NCBI GenBank assembly: GCA_944391715.1
Contig: CALXUP010000008.1
Span: 1,036-65,035, forward strand
Source of the DNA: an uncultured Alphaproteobacteria bacterium
GTDB taxonomy: Bacteria > Pseudomonadota > Alphaproteobacteria > RF32 > CAG-239
Direction: 5' to 3'
DNA length: 64,000 bases
Made by a program: the position numbers and the translations under genes. The number at the start of each line of letters is the position of its first letter. Position 1 is the first letter of the stretch. Below, one piece after another: positions 11,154-20,878 of the stretch. The notes under the pieces were generated by a model, which ran no database searches, was not told the DNA's origin, and was given only the letters and a program-made list of their open reading frames with translations.

Positions 11154-11883
11154 TTACAGCGATTCCAAATTAGAAATTTTCAACATCGGAAAAAAATACA
11201 AAAACCGTCCGGTACTGCGCAACGTTTCCCTTAACGTCCGCCGCGGTGAAGCCGTCGGACTGCTCGGGCCGAACGGTGCCGGAAAGACCACCTGTTTTTA
11301 CTGTGTAACCGGACTGATTACGCCTGATTACGGCGATGTTCATATTGACGGCAAAGACATTACCAATCTGCCGATGTACCGCCGCGCCAGAATGGGGATC
11401 GGCTACCTGCCGCAAGAGGCGTCTATCTTTCGCTCACTTTCGGTAGAAGACAATATCAAAGCGATTCTGGAACTGGTTGTGGATGACGAAAGCCAGCGGG
11501 AAAATATGCTGGAGGAACTATTGTCCGAATTCTCAATCTCCCATCTGCGCAAATCCCCGGCCATTGCCCTGTCCGGTGGTGAGCGCAGACGTCTGGAAAT
11601 TGCCCGCGCTTTGGCCAGCCAGCCGAACTTCATCTTGTTGGACGAGCCTTTGGCCGGTATTGACCCGATTGCCGTCGGAGAAATCCGCAATCTGGTTTCC
11701 CAACTCAAACACCGCGGGCTCGGCGTTTTGATTACCGACCACAATGTCCGCGAAACCCTTGATATTACGGACAGGGCCTATATCTTACATGGCGGCACCG
11801 TTTTAATGGAAGGCACGCCGGAAGAGATTATCGCCAACAAAGAAGTCAGAAAAGTTTACTTAGGCGATAATTTCTCAATGTAA
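11143..11883 (+). CDS. lptB: LPS export ABC transporter ATPase LptB
   Basis: Walker A GPNGAGKTT, ABC signature LSGGERRRLEIARAL, and Walker B ILLDEP. Confidence 0.95.
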   Translation: MPNNYSDSKLEIFNIGKKYKNRPVLRNVSLNVRRGEAVGLLGPNGAGKTTCFYCVTGLITPDYGDVHIDGKDITNLPMYRRARMGIGYLPQEASIFRSLSVEDNIKAILELVVDDESQRENMLEELLSEFSISHLRKSPAIALSGGERRRLEIARALASQPNFILLDEPLAGIDPIAVGEIRNLVSQLKHRGLGVLITDHNVRETLDITDRAYILHGGTVLMEGTPEEIIANKEVRKVYLGDNFSM

Positions 11884-11896
11884 GAGGAATTGATTA

Positions 11897-13369
11897 ATGG
11901 CCGTAACTCCGCATTTAGACCTGAAACAGACGCAGTCTCTGGTAATGACGCCGGAACTGCGCCGGGCAATCAATCTGCTTCAGGCCTCAAATCTGGAACT
12001 CAGCACCCTGATAGAAAAAGAACTGGAACAAAATCCGTTTTTAGAAAAAGAAGAAGACAACAGCGGCTTATTGCCAGAAAACGACATCCCAACGATTGAT
12101 GACTACGACCAAAGCACAGAAAGTGAAGAAAGCAGCACAGATACTGTTGCCTGTGATAATGAATTTGATGACTTCGGCAGTGACCGCGAAGGTTATGACG
12201 AGGCTGAATACGACTGGCAGGATTATGCTCTGGCCAAAACCCGCCGGGATGATGCCGATTATGACTATTTCGAACAAAAACTCTCCGACGAAAAATCGCT
12301 CTACCGGCTTTTGGAAGAACAAATCTCCCAGAAATTTCCCCTTCCGAAAGAAAGAGCCGTCGCCTTAAACCTGGTCGAACATCTGGACGATGCCGGCTAC
12401 TTCCGGGGCAATCTGTCGGAAATTTCCCAAAAGCTGAAAATCTCCCGCGACTTTGCCGAACAGATTTTAAGAAAAATGCAAGACTTTGAACCTTCCGGCA
12501 TCTTTGCCCGCTCTCTGGCCGAATGCCTGAAAATCCAGTTAAAAGATATGGACAGGCTGGATCCTGTTGCTGAAAAAGTCTTAAACAACCTGCCATTGCT
12601 CGGAGAAAAAAAATTTGCCGAACTAAAAAAAATCTGCCGGATTGATGACGAAGACCTGGCCTCCGTTTTGGCAGACATTAAAGCGCTCAATCCCAAACCG
12701 GCTGCCCGCTACCACCATGATTTGACCGCTTATATCATTCCCGACGTTTTCGTCCGCCGTAAAAAAGACGGCTCTTATCTGGTCGAACTGAACAATATGT
12801 CCCTGCCGAGAGTATTAATCAATCAGCAATATTATTCGGAGATCAAAAACAAAGGCAACAAAGAAGAACGCCGTTACCTCAAGCAACAGCTCGGCAGTGC
12901 CGGTTTTCTGGTCAGAGCCTTGCGGCAACGCGCCGAAACAATCTTACGCGTCAGCGAAGAAATCGTTAAAAATCAATATGATTTTTTTGAAAAAGGCATA
13001 GATTTTCTGCGTCCGATGCAGCTTAAAAACATCGCGGAACAGATTGAAATGCACGAAAGCACCGTCAGCCGCGTTACAACCAACAAATATATGCATACGC
13101 CGCTCGGCTTGTTTGAACTGAAGTACTTTTTCACCAATGCCGCCGGAAGCTACATCGGAGATGAAGGCACCTCAACTCTGACCATCAAACACAAAATAAA
13201 AAAGATGATTGAAGAAGAAAAAGCCGATAACATTCTTTCTGACGACAAAATCGTCGCCCTGCTCGAACAAAGCGGCATAAAAATTGCCCGCCGTACGGTT
13301 GCCAAATACCGTGATCAACTCGGCATAGCCTCATCCGCCGCCCGCAAAAAACAAAAAACAACGCTATAA
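11897..13369 (+). CDS. rpoN: RNA polymerase sigma-54 factor
   Basis: 490 aa with an N-terminal LxLKQxQxLxMTPxL region, an acidic region and a C-terminal RpoN box (ARRTVAKYR). Confidence 0.95.
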   Translation: MAVTPHLDLKQTQSLVMTPELRRAINLLQASNLELSTLIEKELEQNPFLEKEEDNSGLLPENDIPTIDDYDQSTESEESSTDTVACDNEFDDFGSDREGYDEAEYDWQDYALAKTRRDDADYDYFEQKLSDEKSLYRLLEEQISQKFPLPKERAVALNLVEHLDDAGYFRGNLSEISQKLKISRDFAEQILRKMQDFEPSGIFARSLAECLKIQLKDMDRLDPVAEKVLNNLPLLGEKKFAELKKICRIDDEDLASVLADIKALNPKPAARYHHDLTAYIIPDVFVRRKKDGSYLVELNNMSLPRVLINQQYYSEIKNKGNKEERRYLKQQLGSAGFLVRALRQRAETILRVSEEIVKNQYDFFEKGIDFLRPMQLKNIAEQIEMHESTVSRVTTNKYMHTPLGLFELKYFFTNAAGSYIGDEGTSTLTIKHKIKKMIEEEKADNILSDDKIVALLEQSGIKIARRTVAKYRDQLGIASSAARKKQKTTL

Positions 13370-13512
13370 CAAAGGGAAAGGCTCAGACACCAAAGTTTTA
13401 TATTGACTTTTCCCGAAATATGTTATTATCTGATTTTCTGATTGTAATAAGCATTAAACTGAAGTATATTAATGCTTATAAACATGGTTAATAATATTTG
13501 CAAGGAAAAATT

Positions 13513-14076
13513 ATGAAAATTACATTGACAGGAAAACAAGTAGACATTGGCGACAGACTGCGTTCACATGTTGAAGAAAATATTTTGAACTCTGTAAATA
13601 AATATTTTAGTGCACCAATCAGCTGCAACGTTTATTTCTCCAAAGAGCGTGATGATTTTTGTGCTGAAGTTACCGTTCATCCTGCCAAAAACATCGTTTT
13701 AAAAGGCAGCGGCATTGCTGGTGATCCCTACTCTGCATTTGATAATGCCAACGCACATATTGCCACCCGCCTGCGTCGCCATAAAACAAAATTAAATGAC
13801 CACAAAGGCAAAACCAGCCTGGCCGAAATTGCCAGCGAAGCTGTTTTCCGCATTGACGAATCACAGGAAGAAATCGACATTGATGATGCTCCGTTGACAA
13901 TTGCCGAAGTCGAAGCCAACATCCCGGTATGCACGGTTTCGGAAGCCGTTATGTTTATGGATCTGAACGAAGAATGTGCCTTAATGTTCAGAAACAGCGC
14001 CAACGGTCACATCAGCATGGTATACCGCCGCAAAGACGGCAACATTGGCTGGGTTGAGCCCAAAGCTGAAAATTAA
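13513..14076 (+). CDS. hpf: ribosome hibernation promoting factor (long HPF form)
   Basis: Starts MKITLTGKQVDIGDRLRSHVEE, typical of the sigma-54 modulation protein family. A C-terminal extension is present. I prefer the ATG at 13513 to the TTG at 13498. Confidence 0.88.
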   Translation: MKITLTGKQVDIGDRLRSHVEENILNSVNKYFSAPISCNVYFSKERDDFCAEVTVHPAKNIVLKGSGIAGDPYSAFDNANAHIATRLRRHKTKLNDHKGKTSLAEIASEAVFRIDESQEEIDIDDAPLTIAEVEANIPVCTVSEAVMFMDLNEECALMFRNSANGHISMVYRRKDGNIGWVEPKAEN

Positions 14077-14103
14077 GTTGAAATTACATAAGGCATACGA
14101 TTT

Positions 14104-14553
14104 ATGAAGATTTCAGAAATCATGAATGAAAATTGTATAGTTGTGGGATTAAAAGCTCAGAACAAACGTCAGCTTTTGCAGGAACTTGCTCAAAAAGCGG
14201 CTGAAATCACCAATATCTCGGAACGGACGATTTTTGACAGTCTTTTAGAGCGTGAAAATCTCGGTTCTACCGGGTTCGGCGGCGGAACGGCTCTTCCCCA
14301 CGCACGGATTGCAGAAGCTGAAAAAGTTTGCGGAATTTTTGCCAAACTCAATGCCCCGGTTGATTTTGAAGCTATTGACGGCAAGCCCGTTGATCTGATC
14401 TTTATGCTGATTTCTCCGGAAGGCAGCGGAGCAGATCACCTGACTGCTTTGGCTAAAGCCTCTCGCATTTTGAAAGATGAAGCGACCTGCAGCAAAATCC
14501 GCCAGATTTCCAAAAAAGAAGAAATCTATGCCCTGCTAAACAACCAGGATTAA
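14104..14553 (+). CDS. ptsN: nitrogen-related PTS IIA component (EIIA-Ntr)
   Basis: 149 aa with GFGGGTALPHARI around the active-site His. Canonical rpoN-hpf-ptsN order. Confidence 0.9.
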   Translation: MKISEIMNENCIVVGLKAQNKRQLLQELAQKAAEITNISERTIFDSLLERENLGSTGFGGGTALPHARIAEAEKVCGIFAKLNAPVDFEAIDGKPVDLIFMLISPEGSGADHLTALAKASRILKDEATCSKIRQISKKEEIYALLNNQD

Positions 14554-14570
14554 AGGCTCTGCCGTAAAAA

Positions 14571-14596
14571 GCCCCGGATTACCGGGGCTTTTTTTT
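14571..14596. terminator. bidirectional intrinsic terminator between convergent ptsN and the DUF1150 gene
   Basis: Stem gccccgg (14571-14577) / ccggggc (14582-14588), flanked by an A-run upstream and a T-run downstream. Confidence 0.8.
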
Positions 14597-14601
14597 AATT
14601 T

Positions 14602-14820
14602 TTAATGCACGCTGCAAGGCTCCAAATCTCTTTGCCTTGCTACAATAAAAGCAAAATCACGATTATCCGTTGCCGCAATCCTAGAACCGTCGGCACCATA
14701 AATCACCCACATCTTATCCCCGTCATAAGTATCATACTTGATAAAAGCCAAATTATCATCATTCCAACAACCATACCAAGCTGCCAATTCTTCCGGACTG
14801 AGTTGCATTTCTTTTTTCAT
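14602..14820 (-). CDS. DUF1150 family small protein
   Basis: 72 aa with the pattern ...WVIYGADGSRIAATDNRDFAFIVARQRDLEPCSVH, typical of the alphaproteobacterial DUF1150 family. Confidence 0.7.
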   Translation of the reverse strand: MKKEMQLSPEELAAWYGCWNDDNLAFIKYDTYDGDKMWVIYGADGSRIAATDNRDFAFIVARQRDLEPCSVH

Positions 14821-14907
14821 AATCTTTCCTCTTCCTTAACTATTCTCTTGTATACTGACAATAAGTTTCTATTTTGTTAAAATTTCGTTTTATTTTGCGA
14901 GACACCC

Positions 14908-16641
14908 ATGTTCATCAGCTTAAACAAAAAAATCTTATACACGATTGCCATATTCTTCATTTTAACCTGCGCTATATTTGTATATTCTTTTTACATTGTA
15001 TACGGCCAAAAATTTCAAGAAGAAGGCCAGCTGAACCTGCTGAATACCCGTCAGTTTTCAGAACTGAACTTTGAAAACGTCACGCTCCGACAAGAGTTGA
15101 ATACGCTTCTGCAAAAAAAAGAAGTTACGCAACTGTCACCCAACGTTATGGAAATCCTGCGCTATAATCAGGATCCTCGCTCCTTAAACGAAATCACAAC
15201 CGAACACAAACGCGTAGAAGAAATCATCCGCAACTACAACAGCCGTTACAATTCTTTCGCCCGCGCCGGAAAAGTAACACTTATCAGCACATTTCTGATT
15301 ATTCTGCTGATTATCATTTTAGGAATTCTGCTGCGAAAATGGATTCTGGAACCCATTGACAAACTATCCCACATCAGCGACCTTGCTGCCGCCGGAAACC
15401 TCTCCCAGCGTGTTGAACTAAACAACAATTGCCTATTTGAAGACGAAATCGACAAGCTAGCCCAAGCATTTAACCAAATGCTGGAAAATTTAAACAACAG
15501 CTTTAACGAAATTCAACAAAAAGAAAAATTCCAACAGGCCTTAATCAACAGCATTCCTGACGGTATACGCGTAATCGACGGCGATTATAACATTATCCTG
15601 GCCAATAACGCCTACTATAAACAAATCAACGCACCAGCCGGTTCTGGATTAAAATGTTATGAATCCTGCCAAAATCTGACACATCCGTGTCCGGAAAGCA
15701 GTTTCAGCTGCCCGCTGAGAGAAATCAGAAAAAACAAAAAAGAAAGCATAAAAGTCATTCAGCAGTTCCGGGCTTTCCCCAATCGCCATCTTTCCATTAA
15801 CGCAGCACCGCTTATCATTGACGATGCAGGACAAGATAAGTTTTACATTGTTGAAGCTATCCGGGATTTAAGCGACGACATTAAATTTTCTCATCAGCAA
15901 AAGCTTTCCTCCTTGGGTTTCCTGTCCACTTCCATCGCCCATGAGATGAAAAACAGCTTGGGCTCTATCAGAATGATTATAGAGAACATTTTGAGCAAAT
16001 ATTATACAAACGTCCCGGATAATAATGAAGCAAAAAAATATCTGATAATGATTCTGGAACAAATCACTGCTTGCTTAAACATTCCGGAACGCTTGCTGAA
16101 ACTGGCGCAAAATATCCACGACAGCGATGGTCCGGTCGACTGTATGGCCTCTGCTAAAGAAATTGCCGCATTACTTGATTATGAAGCCAAAAGAAAAGGT
16201 ATCGAACTGCAAATCGGAAAAACCGGCAGCAAAACCTATATTCTCGGAAATGCCTCCGATTTCAAAATGCTGCTTCTCAATTTGCTGCAAAATGCCATTA
16301 AGGCCACTGGAAGCGAAGGAAAAATAAAAATCACCTTCCAAAACTCCGACAACACGGCAACCATCAAAGTGCAGGATACCGGCCGCGGCATTCCTCCGCA
16401 AAACCTCCCTCATATTTTCGAACCGTTCTATTCCGAGGGACAAAAAGACAGCCAAAGCGGAACCGGACTTGGCCTGGCCATTGCCAAATCCATTGTCGAA
16501 AAGTTCCACGGCAACATCAGCGTTAAAAGCAAAGAAGGCAAAGGGACGGTGTTCACTATGGAATTTCCGCAATACACGGAAAATAAACCCGAGAAAACAA
16601 ATATCAAAAGCACAAAAAAAGCAAATTCGCAAAAAAAATAA
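14908..16641 (+). CDS. membrane sensor histidine kinase (TM, HAMP, PAS-like domain with a 4-Cys insert, HisKA, HATPase_c)
   Basis: 577 aa with an H-box SIAHEMKNSLG, an N-box LLQNAIKA, and G-boxes DTGRGI and GTGLGLAI. No adjacent response regulator. Confidence 0.9.
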   Translation: MFISLNKKILYTIAIFFILTCAIFVYSFYIVYGQKFQEEGQLNLLNTRQFSELNFENVTLRQELNTLLQKKEVTQLSPNVMEILRYNQDPRSLNEITTEHKRVEEIIRNYNSRYNSFARAGKVTLISTFLIILLIIILGILLRKWILEPIDKLSHISDLAAAGNLSQRVELNNNCLFEDEIDKLAQAFNQMLENLNNSFNEIQQKEKFQQALINSIPDGIRVIDGDYNIILANNAYYKQINAPAGSGLKCYESCQNLTHPCPESSFSCPLREIRKNKKESIKVIQQFRAFPNRHLSINAAPLIIDDAGQDKFYIVEAIRDLSDDIKFSHQQKLSSLGFLSTSIAHEMKNSLGSIRMIIENILSKYYTNVPDNNEAKKYLIMILEQITACLNIPERLLKLAQNIHDSDGPVDCMASAKEIAALLDYEAKRKGIELQIGKTGSKTYILGNASDFKMLLLNLLQNAIKATGSEGKIKITFQNSDNTATIKVQDTGRGIPPQNLPHIFEPFYSEGQKDSQSGTGLGLAIAKSIVEKFHGNISVKSKEGKGTVFTMEFPQYTENKPEKTNIKSTKKANSQKK

Positions 16642-16708
16642 ATTGCATAAATAAAATTTCGGAGCTATACAATAAAAAAATAAAAACAAATATAAAGGAA
16701 ACAACCGT

Positions 16709-16930
16709 ATGAGTAAGGAAGAACTTCTGGAATTAACCGGCGAAGTAATAGAAAAGCTGCCTAACGCAATGTTCCGTGTCAGATTGGAAAATGGCGTTGA
16801 GATTTTGGCACACACCGCCGGAAAAATGAGAAAATTCCGCATCCGCGTTATGGTCGGAGATAAAGTCGACATTGAAATGACGCCTTATGACCTCACCAAA
16901 GGACGAATTACTTTCCGCCATAAAGATTAA
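16709..16930 (+). CDS. infA: translation initiation factor IF-1
   Basis: 73 aa: [53 protein letters not shown]. Confidence 0.97.
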   Translation: MSKEELLELTGEVIEKLPNAMFRVRLENGVEILAHTAGKMRKFRIRVMVGDKVDIEMTPYDLTKGRITFRHKD

Positions 16931-16934
16931 AAAA

Positions 16935-16971
16935 AACCGGATTATGATAAACAAACATAATCCGGTTTTTT
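16935..16971 (+). terminator. intrinsic terminator after infA
   Basis: 12-bp stem aaccggattatg / cataatccggtt followed by a T-run. Confidence 0.8.
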
Positions 16972-16986
16972 ATAGGCTGATATCTT

Positions 16987-17601
16987 CTATATAAACTTTA
17001 TTGCCGCAAAGCCGCCAACAAGCAACAACAAAAACAATACGGACAATAACCCGAGATTTTTCTCAATAAACACTTTCATCGGTTCACCGTATTTCTTCAA
17101 CAGCCACGCCACCAGATAAAAACGCATTCCACGTGCAATAACCGATGCAATACCGAAAACCCAGATATCCAAATGAACAACACCGCTGGCAATCGTTACG
17201 ACCTTATACGGAAAAGGAGTAATCCCCGCGCCAAACACAATCCAGGCACCCCATTGATGATAATAGTCTTTAAAAACATCAAACTGATGAAGATACCCGT
17301 AAAAAGCCAACACCGGTTTGGCAATCAAATCAAAGAAATATACTCCGATGATATAACCGAAATAACCGCCGAGCACACTGGCCACTGTTGCCACTCCGGC
17401 GATTTTCCAAGCTTTGGACGGAGTCGCCAAGACCATCGGAATAAGCATAATATCCGGCGGAATAGGGAAAAAAGAACTTTCAATAAAAGCAACCGCAAAT
17501 AAAAAATACAAAGCCTTCTCGCGGGAAGCCAAATCAATCATATAATCATAACAAGCACTTGTCATTTTGTGCCACAGATTCATTATATTTCTCAAAACCA
17601 T
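16987..17601 (-). CDS. DedA/YqaA family inner-membrane protein (start uncertain)
   Basis: Multi-TM ORF with FIESSFFPIPPD, a SNARE-associated/DedA signature. Confidence 0.75.
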   Translation of the reverse strand: MVLRNIMNLWHKMTSACYDYMIDLASREKALYFLFAVAFIESSFFPIPPDIMLIPMVLATPSKAWKIAGVATVASVLGGYFGYIIGVYFFDLIAKPVLAFYGYLHQFDVFKDYYHQWGAWIVFGAGITPFPYKVVTIASGVVHLDIWVFGIASVIARGMRFYLVAWLLKKYGEPMKVFIEKNLGLLSVLFLLLLVGGFAAIKFI

Positions 17602-17829
17602 TATAAAAACCCTGCTTTTAATATCCCAAAAACCGTTCGTTTCTGCACTTCATGCAAAATATTTTTCTTTGATTTGCACAAAAGCATTACAAACTTCGTT
17701 TGAGTATAAAGACAAATATCTATTTTAGCAACTCTTCGCGTTCAACAAATTGTTCATAACTTTCAATCTGAGGAATAACCGGATGTTTCAGCTCTTTTAT
17801 AGTTTGGATAAAACTATTTTGGGAAAAGA

Positions 17830-18690
17830 TTAAACGTTTTCTTTTTGACGTTTAAAAGCCAGCCAGGTATTTTCCAAAAGCATCGCCACCGTCATCGGAC
17901 CAACACCACCCGGAACCGGTGTAATCCGGATATTGCGCTTTTGCAATGCCTCAAAATCCGTATCGCCGCAAAGTTTTCCGTCCGCCATCCGGTTAATTCC
18001 CACATCAATCACAACGGCATTATCCTTTACCCAATCGCTTTTCACCAGTTTTGGACAACCGCAGGCTGACACGACAATATCCGCCTGACGGACAATATCC
18101 TTCAACCCGATCGTTTTGGAATGGGTTACCGTTACGGTACAATTATTGTTTAGAAGAAGGCTGGATAATGGCTTTCCGACAATATTTGATCGCCCGATAA
18201 TAACCGCATATTTTCCGGATAAATCAATTCCGGTACTTTCAATCAACCGAAGAACCCCTTTCGGTGTTGCAGCAATGACCGCCGAAGCATACCCGGCCTG
18301 CAAACGTCCTAGGTTCACCGGGCCGAAACCGTCAACGTCTTTTTCGGGACAAACGGCCTCAACCAAAACTTTTGCATCCAAATGTTTGGGTAAAGGCTGT
18401 TGAATAATAATCCCGTTAACCTCAGGATCCTCATTCAATGAACGAATCACATCCAGCAACTCATCTCCGGCAACATCTTCGCCAAATTGCAGCACCCGGC
18501 AGACAATGCCGATATCCGCTGCTGCCTTTTCCTTATTTCGGACATAAATGCGGCTGGCCTCGTCTGCACCGACCAGAACAACCGCCAACACCGGTTTTGC
18601 CCCCGCTGCCGCAATCTGCTCTTTCAATGTGGCCCGAATACGGGCAGCCTCTTTTTTCCCGTCGATAATACTGCTGTAGTCTGCTGTCAT
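17830..18690 (-). CDS. folD: bifunctional methylenetetrahydrofolate dehydrogenase/cyclohydrolase
   Basis: 286 aa with GIIIQQPLP, VIGRSNIVGKP and PVPGGVGPMT motifs. Confidence 0.95.
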   Translation of the reverse strand: MTADYSSIIDGKKEAARIRATLKEQIAAAGAKPVLAVVLVGADEASRIYVRNKEKAAADIGIVCRVLQFGEDVAGDELLDVIRSLNEDPEVNGIIIQQPLPKHLDAKVLVEAVCPEKDVDGFGPVNLGRLQAGYASAVIAATPKGVLRLIESTGIDLSGKYAVIIGRSNIVGKPLSSLLLNNNCTVTVTHSKTIGLKDIVRQADIVVSACGCPKLVKSDWVKDNAVVIDVGINRMADGKLCGDTDFEALQKRNIRITPVPGGVGPMTVAMLLENTWLAFKRQKENV

Positions 18691-18691
18691 A

Positions 18692-19009
18692 TTATGCCTT
18701 TCCGTTCAATTTCTTTTCTATTTCAAAAATCTCTTCACCTGCGGCCTCAATAAAAACCCGCTTAAATCTGTCAGTCTCACCACTGATAATCTGGAAACGC
18801 GACTTTGCCAGCCTCAAAAACTTAGCCAGAAAGGCAATCAGCTCTTTATTGGCCTTTCCTTTTTCCGGAACGGCATTAACGGAGATTTTCAAATAATCCA
18901 AACCCTTTGCATCGGTAAAAATGCCGTTTATAGAACAAGAAGAAGAGTTAGGGGCAATCCTAACTCTCAACATCAATCCATGATCTGTCTTTTCTGTGAT
19001 ATTTGCCAT
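18692..19009 (-). CDS. DUF167 (YggU-like) protein
   Basis: 105 aa with VPEKGKANKELIAFLAK...SGETDRFKRV, the typical DUF167 pattern. Lies next to yggT. Confidence 0.75.
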   Translation of the reverse strand: MANITEKTDHGLMLRVRIAPNSSSCSINGIFTDAKGLDYLKISVNAVPEKGKANKELIAFLAKFLRLAKSRFQIISGETDRFKRVFIEAAGEEIFEIEKKLNGKA

Positions 19010-19045
19010 CTAAAAAGACGAACCTTTTTGTTTTGCCGCTGCGAC

Positions 19046-19345
19046 TTACAAAATAATGTCGCTCAGTCTGTAAACCATCCGTTCAAGGAACAGCAAAATC
19101 AAAAGCAGGACAAACGGAGAAAAGTCAATTCCGGCAACCGGCGGCAGCTTGCTCCTGATTTTATCATAAACCGGATGTGTTACATTTTCCAAAATCTCCA
19201 TAGTTTTCTTGGCATATTTATTGGTAACATCCAAAATTTTGAAATGAATCAGCCAATAAAGCACAACCTCAACCACAACAATTTTGAAATAAATATTCAA
19301 AAGCAGTCCGATAATATACAAAAACGGCTCAAACAAAGCACCCAT
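19046..19345 (-). CDS. yggT: YggT family membrane protein
   Basis: 99-aa two-TM protein with YggT-like composition and the conserved yggT-yggU neighbourhood. Confidence 0.7.
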   Translation of the reverse strand: MGALFEPFLYIIGLLLNIYFKIVVVEVVLYWLIHFKILDVTNKYAKKTMEILENVTHPVYDKIRSKLPPVAGIDFSPFVLLLILLFLERMVYRLSDIIL

Positions 19346-19357
19346 AACTTTTATCTC

Positions 19358-20242
19358 CTAATTATAACTGTTCATATACTGCATGCTCAATTTTTCAAAC
19401 TGAGCCGCATTAAATTTTTGCTTATGTATTGACAATACTGGCTTATTAACATCCGATTGTCTACCTCTAAGTGCATTTATACGATCAATTGTTTGCTTTT
19501 TCGTTAACGGCACCCGGCCAATACGGTCATCAATCATCCGCTCGGCCACGCCGTCTTCAAACGTAATACCGTAATTCATTTCCAGCTTGGTTTTCAATCT
19601 GGCCGGAATTTCTTTGCCCTGACGCATAAAATACAAAGCCAGCAGATACAGCTTGGTCCGGTCATTGCCAACCCGCTTTGCACTTTTTTCATCGGCATAA
19701 TCCTGTGTTGAAAGTTTTACCGCACTGCGGATTTCCATAAGTTTTGCCCATTTTTTTTGCAAAAAGGCGATTTTTTCTTTCGCCACGTCAGCCAGATACC
19801 CGTTGCCGCGTGCAGCATTTCTGTAAAGAGAAATGCACATTTTGACTTCGGTTTCACGCTGATCCAAATCCGTCAGAAAATCATTGCGGCGCATGAGCTC
19901 CTCTTTTGTAACGCCGTCCGTTGACATATCTTTGATAATGTCAATTCCGTCCTCAATCCAGGAAAAATACTCATTTTTAGGGTCGGTTTCCGAAGTAATC
20001 GTCTGAATGGAATTTGCCACAATAAACTCAAGTTCGCCAACAGTAACTTCTTTATCGCCGATTTTAACCTTTCCATCCGGATGGTTTTCCATCTGCACTG
20101 CAATTTTTTCTCTGTCTTCCCGGTCAATCTGCGGATAAGCATGCGCTAATCCTTTCTGAATCAGCTCATTGCTGTTTTTGACTGTTCTGCCGTCGGAACC
20201 GCTCAACCCGCGCAATTCACTGATTTGGTTTGCCGTATTCAT
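19358..20242 (-). CDS. hypothetical protein (294 aa)
   Basis: Long ORF with good coding appearance. No recognisable motif. Confidence 0.55.
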   Translation of the reverse strand: MNTANQISELRGLSGSDGRTVKNSNELIQKGLAHAYPQIDREDREKIAVQMENHPDGKVKIGDKEVTVGELEFIVANSIQTITSETDPKNEYFSWIEDGIDIIKDMSTDGVTKEELMRRNDFLTDLDQRETEVKMCISLYRNAARGNGYLADVAKEKIAFLQKKWAKLMEIRSAVKLSTQDYADEKSAKRVGNDRTKLYLLALYFMRQGKEIPARLKTKLEMNYGITFEDGVAERMIDDRIGRVPLTKKQTIDRINALRGRQSDVNKPVLSIHKQKFNAAQFEKLSMQYMNSYN

Positions 20243-20254
20243 ACCAGCTCCTCT

Positions 20255-20701
20255 TCATACTTCTTCAAAAATAATCTTTCCTTCTTCCACCCAGATCAGC
20301 CTGTCTATAACCCATTGGCTGATTTGTTCGATTTTTTTCGGTTCAATCCCCATAGCCTGTCCGATTCGGCCGATAAGCAAAATCTCATTGTCCGAAAGCT
20401 CGTCATCGGCATGAGCCAGAACGCACATCTCTTTGACCAGTTCCAAAGCCGCCCGCCGGTTATCAATGATTTTAACGGCCTCGACCACCTCATCATCCGA
20501 TCCCTGCTTTAAAATTTCTTCCAACCGCCCTTCCGGAACACCATAAATTTTGGCAGCTTCGCGAATAAACTCTTTCTCATCATCGTCAAGTTTTCCGTCG
20601 GCATTTGCCAACCGTGCCAAAGCCTTCATAAAAGCGATTCGTTGTTCTTCATTAAGTTTGGTAAGATACTCCATATCCAGCTCCATGTTAAAATCTGCCA
20701 T
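20255..20701 (-). CDS. TerB-like (tellurite-resistance/DjlA N-terminal type) domain protein
   Basis: I place the start at the internal ATG (20699-20701), giving MADFNMELD. Two repeats of a DG/DD-x-L-x-x-x-E motif (ANADGKLDDDEKEFI and AHADDELSDNEILLI). Confidence 0.6.
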   Translation of the reverse strand: MADFNMELDMEYLTKLNEEQRIAFMKALARLANADGKLDDDEKEFIREAAKIYGVPEGRLEEILKQGSDDEVVEAVKIIDNRRAALELVKEMCVLAHADDELSDNEILLIGRIGQAMGIEPKKIEQISQWVIDRLIWVEEGKIIFEEV

Positions 20702-20878
20702 AATTAAATCTCCCGGCTGTTTCAAATTAATTCTAACAAAAGCTGCAATTTTTGCAACAAAAAAGGCAACGACAAACCGCCTCGGCACAAAATCAGCTGC
20801 AGATAATATAAAATTCGGTTGAAATCAACCGCTCTTTGGCTTAAAATATAAAGATAAAAAAATAACAGCGAGAAAAGC

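Noticed and set aside
16171-16872. 233-aa minus-strand ORF spanning the kinase 3' end and infA
   Set aside because: It is antisense to two well-supported genes and crosses their intergenic region. The translation is low-complexity.
17602-17829. Possible coding remnant on the minus strand between folD and the DedA gene (...IKELKHPVIPQIESYEQFVEREELLK stop)
   Set aside because: The frame is protein-like but short. It has no ATG, GTG or TTG start and no RBS, so there is too little evidence to call a gene or pseudogene.
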